Positions 26,086 through 38,451 of a stretch of DNA of 64,000 nucleotides are shown here, piece by piece. A model generated the notes under the pieces. That model was not told where the DNA came from and did not search any database. It saw nothing but the letters and a program-made list of their open reading frames with translations. The stretch's first letter is position 1; every line of letters begins with the position of its first letter. Made by a program: the position numbers and the translations under genes. The stretch comes from Octopus sinensis (taxonomy: Eukaryota). The stretch lies in assembly GCF_006345805.1 (NCBI RefSeq), contig NC_042998.1, forward strand, positions 127,162,001 to 127,226,000. The letters are read 5' to 3'.

Positions 26086-27100
26086 CACTTCCACACTTAC
26101 ACGTATATATATAATATACAGTCATACAGACGTATGCACATTTGCACACACGCGCGAGCACACTACAAATTTTTATAAATACACATATATATGTATGGGC
26201 ATGCGTGTGAGTGTGCATGAGTATATGTGCATGTCTGTTCGTTAGTGTTTACTCACACATAGATGCTTATTTCGCATATTTCACTTGACGTATCCCGAAA
26301 ATGTTGGTTACCAACTTAACTAGAGAGACAGTGTAGTAAAAAGATAGCTCATGATTTCATGATTGGCGCATTAAAAAGGCAAAAAAGCAGTAAAAGAATA
26401 TTGTTAGTCACAACGAATATTAGTTCTCTATTGATACACACGCACGCACTCACACGTCGTCACGCACGCACACACACATACGCACAAACACACACACAAC
26501 TATATATATATGTGTTCGTATAAATATTGACTAATTTAGACAGTTAATCAAGAATGATTTTTTTTTTCATATTTCTGCAGCCTAAGTCATTATATAGAAA
26601 AGTTCATCTCATGTGCAATTTAACTGATATAAGCGTACATTGACGTAAACGAGAAACAGACCACTAAAAAGTAAACGTTTGTTCATACGACACTGTTACC
26701 TCGTCAAACAATGATGTTATATAAAGATGTCTGTTTCGATCAAAATTGCTATGTTACATTTACGCATATCACTAAATATACGCGTAGCCCACACACATAT
26801 TTCCAGTCTTGATATATTTTCAATATATTTGCTTTAAACTACAGTAATTTCGCCATCAGAAGAGAATATTTCCTTTACTTTGGAAAGAGACGGAGAGAGA
26901 AAGAGAGACAGAATAGGAGGAAGGTGAGAGCTATGGTAAAGAGAATAGTAAGAGAATGAGCAATTTTAAATATTTTGCAAGGTATATTAAGTCCCATGAG
27001 CGAACATATAGTTGGTATACATCCATCTGAAGATTGTACCCTAATATAATTTACCAATAGCAAGAAAAAAAATATACATTCCGTTCCAATATATACACTC

Positions 27101-27520
27101 GACAGGGTGGCGAGCTGGCAGAAACGTTAGCACGTCGGACGAAATGCTTAGCGATATTTCGTCTGCCGCTACGTTCTTAGTTCAAATTCCGCCGAGGTCG
27201 ACTTTGCCTTTCATCCTTTCGGGGTCGATTAAATAAGTACCAGTTACGCACTGGGGTCGATATAATCGACGTAATCCGTTTGTCTGTCCTTGTTTGTCCT
27301 CTCTGTGTTTAGTGCCTTGTGGGTAGTAAAGAAATAGGTATTTCGTCTGTTGCTACATTCTGAGTTCAAATTCCGCTGAGGTCGACTTTGCCTTTCATCA
27401 TTTCGTGGTCGACTAAATAAGTATCAGTTACGCACTGGAGTCGATATAATCGACTTAATCCGTTTGTCTGTCCTTGTTTGTCCTCTCTATGTTTAGTCCG
27501 CGGTGGGCAATAAAGAAATA
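27101..27520 (+). mobile_element. SINE dimer (two tail A units) with 13-bp TSD
   Basis: AATATATACACTC at 27088-27100 and 27521-27533; junction AAAGAAATA|GGTATTTCG at 27336/27337. Confidence 0.92.
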
Positions 27521-29138
27521 AATATATACACTCAATAAAATGAATCAAATTTATAGAGTATCCGCTTACTACAAAGAGTACCTAGTTGTTCCTAGTTTTT
27601 GGGTCCTTTTTTAGAGCCTGTTCAACTAGATTATCTGAAAGTCGAATACTAGGCTTACAGACAGCAGAAGGAAAACAGTGCCAGTGATATGAAAGAGACT
27701 AATGACGTATTTTAGCAATTTCGATATCCAGCTTTTTCTGAGCAACACTATCTTTCACTTATTATATAAGATTTCTTTTAGTTTTGTAAATAGACCTTCA
27801 GCTTATATACCATTATTTGTAATTTATTTAAGAACAATTTTACTGAACATTTTCCTTTACACGCACACAGAAACACACACATTCATGTATTACATACATA
27901 TATATCCACTTGCCTCTTCGTGCTTTTTGCATTTGCATTAGCATTTTGTTCCCTTTATGCAGTAAGAATATTCCAGGAATTTTATTAACATGCTACTTAA
28001 CTCAGTATCTGTTTGGAAAATTATCCATTAGCATTGAAAGTATGTATGTATGCATATAACATTTGGAAACGGAGAAGAAGTAGATGAGAAAAGGAATAGA
28101 AAGAAGGAGAAAAGAAGAAGAAGAAGAGGAAGAAGACGAAGAAGAAGAAGAAGAAGAAGAAGAAGAAGAAGAAGAAGAAGAAGAGGAGGGAAGGAGAAGA
28201 AGTAGAAGGTGATAGTGGTGGTGGTGATGACGATGACGATCATGAGGATGATGATGATGCCAAAGAGGAGAAAGGAGAGGAGACGGAACGACCTATACCC
28301 ATAAGAAAAACAGAATAAAACACATAACCTGATAGCATCCTGGAGAGATTAAAAATGTTACGTAACCAAAAACCTGTTACTTTTTACATAGATACTCTAC
28401 TAATATATATATATGTTTTCCACAGACACACAAATATACTGCATTGCACTTCAATGTCTATCAATAAATTGTTAGTCAACAGTGCCTATAGACAGATATT
28501 TAAACATCCTGTATTTATCTTAATACAGAACCTCTCTGGATAGAATAATAGGTTTATAGCATTATTGCTGTAAACAGTTAAATATATTACTCACTGTTGA
28601 ACATACGATCGAAAAATGAATGTAATCCAGCTAAATTAAATACGACGGCCAGTTGTAAAAAACGTTTTATATAATTCTTTTTTCGGTGTTTATGAGTGCA
28701 ACTTATAGAGTGTTTCCTAAAATCTTGGGTGTATCCTATGGTGTGTTGTAGCAGCAAATTAAACTCAAGAAAATAGATTAATCAGCACAAGAGAGCCGAA
28801 ACAGAAATAAAAGATGGGGGCTAAATTCGAAATCTTTTGCAGCATAAATCATTCAGAGAAGCTTAGTTAACGAAGGGTGAAAAAATATGAAAGAATGAGG
28901 AGATAATCTCCTCAACTTTAATCATCCATCTTCTAACCATGTATAAAACGTACAAAATATTGTGCAAGATTCACAAAGACTTTGTTGGTTTCGAACGAGC
29001 TTCTTTGATTTGAACTATATTCCACCATCTACAGATCCTAAGGAATCACTGGTGTGTTCTTGTGGAGACTGCTCAGAAAACGGATGACATCATTTATTAA
29101 TAAAAGATTAAAGACTCATTTCAGTTATCAATGATCTT

Positions 29139-29438
29139 AAAATTGCCTCTAGAAATTTCCCCTCCAAGGCACAAGTCTAGACAAGATTGTTTGTGGAAGA
29201 CAAGCAGTCGTCAATGTATACCAGCCTCCCCTCTCCATGCCACCAATGTTATCCAAGGGAAAGGGACAGATCGATGCAGCTACGCGCCTGTGACATCGGA
29301 ACTCATTTCTACAGCTGAGTGGACTGGAGCAACGTAACATAAAGTGTCTTGTTCAAGAACATAGCACACAGCCCGATCCAGGGATCGAAATAGGTACTTC
29401 CTGTTTGAGAGCCCGGTGCTCTAACCACTGTGCCATCC
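29139..29438 (-). mobile_element. tRNA-derived CORE-type SINE (second family)
   Basis: Minus strand: A box TGGCACAGTGGTTAGAGC, B-box-like TTCGATCCC, then GTTCTTGAACAAGACACTT...GCTCCAGTCCACTCAGCTGTAGAAATGAGT, which resembles the CORE domain (recalled). Confidence 0.7.
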
Positions 29439-31252
29439 TTTATTAAAATGCAAAATTTACGAGTCTCAGGCAGAAGACAATTCTAATATAGTCTTTAAAA
29501 TACTTCCAAATTTAGTGATACAGTTTATTTTCAAGGATCCACCACAACGATTGTGTTTAACTGTTATTTATCTTTATTTCTGACTCCCTCCTTTTCTTAT
29601 TTTTCTTATTTTCATTATTTTCTTCTCCATAAGCACTATTATAAACTTTTCTAGTATGGTTTTCGCCAATAGGGCCGTTTAAATTGATTAAACAATTACC
29701 AAGTTTTTTATTTAATGCTTTTTTGTTTTTAAGTGCTTAATAATTTTTTAAGGTCGAACTTTTCCCAATTTCTCAGATGTGCGAAGCTTTTGAGACTCTA
29801 TTTATTGATAATTTTAATTTTGTAACTTAAAATTTAACAATGTTTATTTTCTTGTATTTCTAGATTAATATACGACAGTAAAATAGAAATAATTCTAAAA
29901 AGGAGAAAGAGCGGGTTGGTTAGACATTTCTTGTATTTCTGATGAAGAGTTGTCCGTTTGGTACTAGACGTGACATGCAAAACAGAGTTAACCAAACATG
30001 AGAGTATCATAAACCTGGCTGTTCACCACTAACAACTTTGGTGCAAGTTTCCTAATACTTTTAATAATCATAGAAAAAGTTAGCGTCGCTAATAACGAAA
30101 GACAATTGAACTGAAATAACATATATAATGGGATAAGGAACATGTTTGGGATAGAGACTAAACTTTTAGGACAACCGGTTTAAAGGTGACTTCCATGATA
30201 TGAAAGATGAGTTCTGAATACTAGTCTTATAGCGTTACAAAGCTTTACTACATGCAATTTTAAAGTAACATAATGGATTCCTGCTTTAAGCCGCATTTTG
30301 TGAGAAGTTTCAAGAGTATTGAGAGATCCTGTCAGATATTTTGCAGAATCGAATGCACCAACTACACTGTGGAATGACTTTTAATATCTGGATTGGGATG
30401 GGCTCTGATTTCAAGAGGAGCTAGCTCAATCTACTGGCAGCGTTAATGTCTTGCCAAATATCACTTTTAAGAAATAGGATGGCACGTCACAAAGCCACTC
30501 ATGGATTCTTTTAATTTGTGAGAGGTTAGAATAATTTTCAGTATACAAACAAAATGGTTGAGAAGTCATACAATAATGGAAGAAATTTAATGTAATGAAT
30601 ACACCAGGCACTACAGCAATTAAAATTTATCATGCCAATAAACCGCATGCTTTCTATAGAACTGATTAACGGTGTATAAAAAAGTCACCATCATAAAACA
30701 AAATGTATTATACCCAGTTGGAAAATAACAGTAATAATATACTCTAAAAGCACTAAAATTGCAACCTTTGTTTTCAGTAAAAGCCATTAGATTGCACGCG
30801 CGCGAACATTCTAGTAATAACCAATGGGCTTTGGAAATGTGATTGCAAATAAAAGAGCTTCTAATTTTTCTTTCTTAACTGTTCCATTGGTCAGGCAATT
30901 ATAAGACTTTTATCCCGATTCATTATGCACTTACAATAAGGAGCAATCGCATGCAATACAGCACACATCATAAAACAAAACTTCATCGAAAAACACAGGC
31001 AAACAATACGTCCATGTCACAAAGAATTTTCCACACTATTATTTCACAGTATTAAAATAAATCCATAGTTAACATATAATGATCACACACACACATATAT
31101 AACACTTACTGACCGCTGAAGGAAAACGGCTAAAAAGCAAAAACTCGAATACATTTATTGTGTCAACGCTAACGTGAAATGTCATCGTCGTATAAATGCC
31201 CTCTGTGTCGGTGTTTTTTAACCACTTTGCGTTCTCACTGAAAAGTAAGGTA

Positions 31253-32079
31253 CAATGGTCCAATAGTATAGAAGTCGTAGACTGGTTTAAAGCCATTAAG
31301 AATAAGAAAAAGCGAGATTTACACAATTCGATATTGTTGATTTTTATGCCTCTATCTCTAAAGAACTGCTAGATAAAGTCCTCGTCTTCGCTAGCGACTT
31401 CATAGAAATTAGTACAAATGGTAAGGACATAATCTTCCATGCTAGAAAGACCTTACTTTTCAGTGAGAAAGCAAAGTGGGTAAAAAACACCGACACAGAG
31501 GGCGCTTTCGATGTGAGCATGGGTTCATATGATGGGGCAGGCATCTGCGATCTAATTGGACTTTTTCTCCTAGATACCTTAGGTAAGACATTCCCTGACG
31601 TACATTTCGCCATCTATAAAGATGATGCCCTCGCATTAACAGCTAATACAAATGGACCAGCACAAGATCGTTTTAGGAAGGATATTATCCAGTTAATGAA
31701 ATACTTCGGACTTAGTATAACTATAGATACTAACCTGACGGTTGTCAATTTCTTAGACGTTTCCTTAGATCTTAATAAGAATATTTATAAGCCTTATAGG
31801 AAGCCTAATGATAGACTAAGTTATATTAATGTAGGTTCATGCCATCCCCCTATAGTATTAAAAAATTTAGTTAAAAATATTAGTAAGATGATTTCTAGCC
31901 TCTCCTCTGATAAGGACATCTTCAATAGCGTTGCCCCAGTTTATAATAAGGCTTTAAAAGATAGTGGTTTTAGAGAAAAAATAAAATATACACCCATTAC
32001 TAGCCCAACAGTAAGGAAAAGGAATAATAGAAATAGGAAGGTCATCTTACTCACCCGAGGTGGCCTTCAATATAGGTAA
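31253..32079 (+). pseudogene. Penelope-like reverse transcriptase (partial)
   Basis: QWSNSIEVVDWFK, one shift near 31312, then FTQFDIVDFYASISKELL, FDVSMGSYDGAGICDLIG, IYKDDAL, VNFLDVSLDL, YKPYRKPND, HPPIVLKNL. Confidence 0.9.
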
Positions 32080-32692
32080 ATATTTCCTAGCACTGATAGA
32101 TAGACATTTTCCAGTTAACCATACTTATAGGAAACTCTTCAATAGACACAATTTAAAAATTAGTTTTAGTTCCACTACCAATTTTAAAAACATAATCGAA
32201 CATAACATACAAAAAACACAACAAGAAAACAGCTGTTCATGCAAGAATAAAGAACTGTGCCCGCTAAATGGAGCTTGCATGTCCAAGACCATCATACATG
32301 AAGCTACCGTAGACTCTATAACCACTAAAGACACCGTTTCGACGAAGAAATACGTGGGCCTTACAGAGGGTAACTTCAAGGCCAGGTTCAATAACCACAC
32401 TTTGAGCTTTAGGCACTGGAACAAAAGAAAAGCGACACAATTATCTAATCATATTTGGTCTTTAAAAGATAAAGGTGTCGATTATAACATACATTGGAAG
32501 ATTTTGGCCAGATGTAAGCCCTATACCAACGGCAGCGGAAGGTGCGGTCTATGCGACATGGAGAGATGGCTTATCTGGAAAAGCAGCTTAGACCCTACTA
32601 CATGTCTAAACACAAGGACAGAACTTTTCGGATCATGCCCATATGTGACTAAATTTCTGTTACGTTTTTGGTCCCCTAAAGAAAACAGATAG
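32060..32692 (+). pseudogene. GIY-YIG endonuclease with Cys motifs (frameshifted relative to the RT)
   Basis: CSCKNKELCPLNGAC, IIHEATV, KYVGLTEGNFKARFNNHTLSF, CGLCDMER, LNTRTEL..CPYVTKFLL. Confidence 0.9.
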
Positions 32693-32914
32693 AACATGCT
32701 TTCTATGTTATGTCCCAAGAAGGTTTTTTTTACCTCATCACACCTTCTATCATATATTTTATGTATATTTTTATATATTTTTTATATATTTTTTATGTAT
32801 TTTTATATAATTTTTATGGCGAAAAATGCGAGCGAAGTATAAGTACGCAGGCAAGCAGAGTTATAACACAGTAATTTCCCTTTGTATAACGGTATTTTTT
32901 CATAGCGTTTTCAA

Positions 32915-32987
32915 ATAGCCAGATAACCGAAGAGATGTCGTGGATTCCCACTTCGGCATCTGAAACTCAGAGTTTTATCTTGACTAT
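32915..32987 (+). ncRNA. Type I hammerhead ribozyme, degenerate
   Basis: Stem I AGATAA/TTATCT extended by ATAGCC/GACTAT; core CCGAAGA (32927-32933; consensus CUGANGA); stem II GATGTCG/CGGCATC; GAAAC at 32962-32966; palindromic stem III AAACTC-A-GAGTTT; GUU cleavage triplet. Confidence 0.7.
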
Positions 32988-33005
32988 CGAGTAATGTAAC
33001 ATATT

Positions 33006-33055
<50 letters not shown>

Positions 33056-33060
33056 TAGAG

Positions 33061-33290
33061 ACGGCAAGCTGGCAGAAACGTTAGCGCGCCGGGCGAAATG
33101 CTTAGCGGTATTTCGTCTGTCCTTACGTTCTGAGTTCAAATTCCGCCGAGGTCGACTTTGCCTTTCATCCTTTCGGGGTCGATAAATAAAGTACCAGATT
33201 CGCACTGGGTTCAATGTATTCGACTTAATCCCTTTGTCTGTTCTTGTTTGTACCCTCTACGTTTAGCCTCTTGTGGGCAGTAAAGAAATA
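33061..33290 (+). mobile_element. SINE monomer (tail A)
   Basis: Close match to the other copies from GCTGGCAGAAACGTTAGC to GTAAAGAAATA. Confidence 0.92.
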
Positions 33291-34538
33291 TATGTATACA
33301 TGTATGTATTTATGTATGTATGTATACCTATACACCTATACAAATCTTTCAACACCTGTTTTTACTTCCAAGCTCGAATGATCCCTAACGATATCTTATA
33401 AATATCAATAATTTCTTTAGCTATATATATAATTTCAGCATATCTTTAACCGCCACACAGAAAACTCTCTCTACCATTCCTTTCTTTGTATCACCATCTC
33501 ATATATGATTGCGTTCTCTCTATGATTATCGTTTATCGTCTCTTTTTTTCCAATATTTCTTTTATTCCAATATTTATTTCTTCAGCCTAGAAATTCTTCG
33601 CCTACCCAGTTAAACAATCGATTGACATATATACTACAAAATACATCAAAATACATTATATACTACAAAATACATTATATACTACAAAATACATCATTAT
33701 ACCACAATTACTATATAATTTCACAGTTCCTCTCACAAGGCGAACCTAAAATTGTAGTATTTAAAACAAAAGTATTTTACTGTCCGACAAAATGAAGGCT
33801 ATACAACCCCTATTTCGAAGTTCATGTTAAATGCTTTCATTTAAAAATTACCCACACACACACATGCACATACAGAGACAGACACGCATACACATATATG
33901 GGGAGGAAAAGGCGTCTGACTCTCTTGGGGGAGAGAGCAAGAGAAAATTATATTGGTATCTTATAGTTCAAACCTTTTAATTCACAATTGGTCCAATTGT
34001 TTTTTCATTAAATTTCAATCCATTAACTATTTGTTCCCCATCCGTTTTTCCTTAATTTAATAAGTTAAAAAAAACCTAAATATTCAGTGCCTGGCTGAAG
34101 CATTTGTGCTGATTACTGAAGTTATATTTAAGTAAAGTAAAATTGAAACTTATCCTACTCTGAAACAGAAATCCGGCCGTCGATAACATTTACGGTGGCG
34201 CTCAATACTACAGCCTTTAATAATGCAAATATCAAATGAGGGTGATAATTGATTTTAGACATTACATGGATAATTGATTTTACACATTATTTGGTGTAAT
34301 GTGTCATTTTTAGTATCTTCTTCATTAACCTCAACCTCCTTATCCGTTCATCCTACGTACAAATGTCAAGATTTTGTCTAGACTTTCAAACAATAAACAT
34401 ACAAGCTATCCCGGGGATATTCATGCATTTTAGGTGTCATTAATACATTCATAATTAGAGATACAGTTATTCCTAGCAAATATATATAGCGAGTGAAATA
34501 TAGTTATATCAGAATAATACTAGTTTGAAAAATGCTTA

Positions 34539-35825
34539 CGAGGGGCGTTCAATAAGTAATGCCCCTGACCCACTTCCCATAGCAGTAGAGCAACGAAACA
34601 TGGCACAGTTAGTCTTTTTCTACATAGGAACCACCCAGAGTTACGCATTTCTCCCATCGTTTGATGCGGCTCTGGAGACCGTTTTTGTAGAAGAACCCAG
34701 CTTGGTCCTCCAACCTTAACGTGACTTCAGAAATCAAGGCTGCATCATCTGGGAAACGCTTTCCTTTCAAAAACAACTTCATGATTGGGAAGAGGTGAAA
34801 ATCAGAGGGTGCAAGGTCAGGAAAATAGGGGGATGGGGAGGAGTTCATAGCCATACGCCTGTGCTTCTGATCTGGCGACAAGCGAGTTGTGGACCGGAGC
34901 GTTGTCCTGCAGGAGGAGGATGCCTTTGCTGATCTTGTCCCGCCTCTTGATTTTGATAGCTTCTCTTAATTTCCTCCAAAGTGAAGCATAATAAGCTCCT
35001 GTAATTGTGGTACCTTTTGCCAGGAAATCTGTCATCACTACTCCGTCCTGGTCCCAGAAGACTGTGAGCATGACCTTGCCAGCGGAGGGCTGCACCCTTG
35101 CCTTCTTTGGAGGGGGTGAGTCACGGTGCTTCCACTGCATTGACTGGGCTTTGGTCTCTGGATCATCGTGATGGACACAGGTTTCATCCTTTGGAATCAG
35201 TCTTTTGAAACAATTTGACTCATCTTCTTGGCACATCTCCAAATTCACCCTCGAGCACTCGACGCGTTCTTGCTTCTGGAAAGGCGTAAGCAACCTGGGA
35301 ATCCATCTGGCAGACACCTTTTGCATATGCAAATGGTCATGAATGATAGTTTCCACAGACCCGGTACTAATCTTGACCTCATGGGCTATTTGGCGAATAA
35401 TTATGCGTCGATCTTCCAAAATGGCAGCCTCAACTTGACGGACAGATGCCTCATCAATGGCAGAAGGGGGCGACCAGATCTGGGAGCTGTTTCCACAGAG
35501 TTCCGACCATGTTTGAATTCACGATGCCAGCGTTTTACAAGGTCATATGATGGGGCATCATTACCATAAGTTACTTTCATTTCATCAAAAGTCTCCCGTG
35601 GTGTGCGTCCTTTCAAATACAAAAACCGGATCACTGCTCGACACTCAACAGGCTCCATTTCACACTTGACTCAGTTCAAACACCTGTAAATCAGAAACCA
35701 CAATTAATTCGGAGCTGTAATTTGTCACTTACTCTATAGAGATATAAATAATTGCATATGCAAAATTTCAGCTAGATCAAACAACTGCAAGTGGGTCAGA
35801 GGCATTACTTATTGAACGTCCCTCG
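34539..35825 (-). mobile_element. Full-length mariner transposon (irritans/Himar1-like), 1,287 bp
   Basis: 37-bp TIRs at 34539-34575 and 35789-35825 (35/37 identical); TA at 34537-38 and 35826-27. Confidence 0.96.
34609..35658 (-). pseudogene. Mariner DD34D transposase in three frames
   Basis: PRSGRP, WIPRLLT, DET, SAGKVMLTVFWD, QDNAPVH, PDLAPSDFHLF. Restoring three homopolymer bases gives D-34-D spacing. Confidence 0.93.
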
Positions 35826-37719
35826 TATATAGTCACAGCATTAACAAACAGCTTGTTTCCGTATGAGAACATTGTAGAACTATTATATTATCAGGGTTAT
35901 AGTTGTTCTTATTCTTTTAAGTATGATTTGAGAACTGCATTAAAAGTTGTCGTTCTTGAAATAGGAATTATGTACAATTTGGAAGTGCTTAAGTTTAAGA
36001 AAAAATGTCCATAGTTGACAAACGTTTTCGAGATTAACAAAAACGCTTAAGATAACGAGAATGTCTTAATGGAAATCGTAAATCTGGATACATAGAACAT
36101 GAAGGTTTAACAAAGATGTGCAGGGTTAATAAGAATATTACGTTTTGACAAATTCCTTTTATGCTGGTTAATGGAAATGTTCAAAGTTAATAAACGTTGT
36201 GAGAAAATTGAGAGAATGCTGTAATAATGTAATAATCTGGGCGAAATTGTAAACTATATGATAAATATAGTCTTTAGCTGCCATAAAGGTTTTTAACTAA
36301 ACTGCAATGCCGGTGTAATTTTAAGCTACAGCGATCGCCACAGTACAAGATTATGATAATTTATTATTGCCATGGGACAATATATACGATTTGTTATTTC
36401 TGTTATAAAGCATAATGTCAAGCATCCAATGGAATATTTAGTAGTATATAATATTTTTACATAGTCACTTTTTAAGACTGTTGGATGATACACGCTACAC
36501 ACCTTCCTTTCAAGCACTGCTGTAAACATCAGAAATGAGCTAGAGCGTTAAAACTTAGTGCGCATGCACAGCAGAGTTTAAGCGGCTTCACTCTGCATGC
36601 TTTAGCTTCGTTATTATGGATACAGTTCGGATACTTATTGATCAGCCCTAGAATGTTGTGCATGTACAAATTTTTACAAGCTTTTATCACCACTGATATA
36701 AAGGCTGGATCTTTCGCTCTAAACCATTGTCTCGTGGCCTTTGTTTATGTTCTCTCTGTTGAGCACAGACTCCAATCGGTGAATATTAGGATTTGTAAGT
36801 ACATCATGAAGCTTGTCGCCTATTATTTCTGCACAGGCCATCTACCAATATTGATGTACGAAAGTGACAGGAAATCAAGGTAGTATGTTTTATATCATAA
36901 CCTAAATTCTAATCAAAGGTATTGTCAGAGTTGTGTCTACCTATTTCTACCCGTTTCTAGGTTGCATCTTTGGTCCTGAAAAGGACATAGACAGACCTGC
37001 GTGTCATAACCTGAACAATCGAGGGAATTACTCTCACAATATCATTATATCTTCTTCCAATTGTTATTTTAAAATAACTGGAAACCATCACAATTTTTTC
37101 AGTTAGGAATAGATAGTTTTACTCTTTTCCGTCTGCTGTACGTAATTTTGGTTCAGGAAACCTTCTCTCATGCAATATACTAAGAGAACTATTCGTTCTA
37201 ATTTTCTTATAAATTCTCCATGGGTAGTTCTGATCTGGTAGGAGGGCTAAATTGGTCCCATATATAATGTTAATGTTTATACTTGACAAAATGTATGCCA
37301 GGACCTTAGACCTAATTTTATATCGGTTACTGTTCCTACTTATTTAAGCTATTGTTTACAATGTCCTATACATTGTCCTTCTTTTCGGTGTATAGGGTCA
37401 TTCTCCACTCTTCTCTATATGATCAATGTGTTCTCCTTTTATTCCCACGCTTCTTCGAGGTCTTTTGTCGATATGTTGTTTCGAGTAGATATGTTTACTT
37501 TGAAACATAGGAAAACAACAGTAAGGAATGTATGCAAAGATGAAACATTGAAGTTTGCTTCACAACGTGAAAGACTTCAAATTGTTGAGATGTCATTTGA
37601 CAGGAAAATGACCCAAAGTCATACATATGCACATTATTCAGAACTTTTACGATCTCTCATTACTCTGATAAACAAATGGCAACAACTACAAAAACAACAA
37701 AGACGACGACGACGGCGAC

Positions 37720-37760
<41 letters not shown>

Positions 37761-38247
37761 GGGTGAAGATGATATTGATAATGATGATAATCGCGATTAT
37801 GTTGATGATGGTGGTGATGATGCTTGTGTGTTGGTGTGATAGTGGAGCTGGTGTCGATGTTGGTGGCAATAGTGGTTGTGATGATGATGGTGATGATGGG
37901 AAGAAGGATAATGTGAACGACACACGGAGAACATTTCAAAATAACTCGCAGCTTGTGAAGCAGTTTATTTCTTTTATTTTTGTCATATTCATTTTTTCCT
38001 TTCGATTTGGAACGAGAAATTTCACGAAACAGGAAGACGACCTACGCATAATGGCAATGTCGTGTATTTCCAGATTTTAGCGGTTATATAGAAAATTAAA
38101 TGAACAATTCAACTGTAATACACACTGTATTTGTCACTAAAAGAGTATTGTAACTGGTTGCGGAGAAGACGTGGAAACCTGCAGAGCGGAAGCACAAAGG
38201 TTACTGTTTGTTGTGTCGAGCTTACCATCTCACTGGTAATACACATA

Positions 38248-38451
38248 CGAGTGGTTGCTGAAAAGTTTCTGTCTTTTGGTAAAAGAATCAGTTAATTGTG
38301 ATTTAATTCAACAAATTCCCCTCTCAGATTCACACACTTATTACAGTGGTCCTTCAATTTTCCTAAGCCTTGTAAAAGAACTCGGAAAGCTGGGCCTCCA
38401 ACCAGACCTTAAACAATACCCATAAAGCCAGAAACTTTTAGCACCCTCTCA
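38248..38451 (-). mobile_element. 204-bp non-autonomous mariner derivative (MITE-like)
   Basis: TA|CGAGTGGTTGCTGAAAAGTTTCTG ... CAGAAACTTTTAGCACCCTCTCA|TA. Minus strand retains KLKDHCNKCVNLRGEFVE, a mariner C-terminus. Confidence 0.8.

Larger units (their letters stand above)
31253..32990 (+). mobile_element. 5'-truncated Penelope-like retroelement, Naiad-type
   Basis: RT followed by C-terminal GIY-YIG endonuclease, an AT-rich 3' region and a hammerhead-like motif at 32915-32987. Confidence 0.88.

Noticed and set aside
25407-26245. Long ORFs of 166-229 aa
   Set aside because: Translations of a (CA)n-derived minisatellite. The same applies to poly-I/Y/H/T/M/L ORFs throughout the track.
29740-29960. 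Penelope 3' remnant with CTGATGA
   Set aside because: Core heptamer is present but there is no closing stem II or GAAAC; coding similarity is too weak.
32060-32990. Selenocysteine recoding or SECIS in the Naiad-type element
   Set aside because: No in-frame TGA in the endonuclease ORF, and I could not identify a SECIS.
33630-33705. ~20-bp minisatellite; also short duplications at ~16250 and ~58680
   Set aside because: Ordinary slippage duplications.
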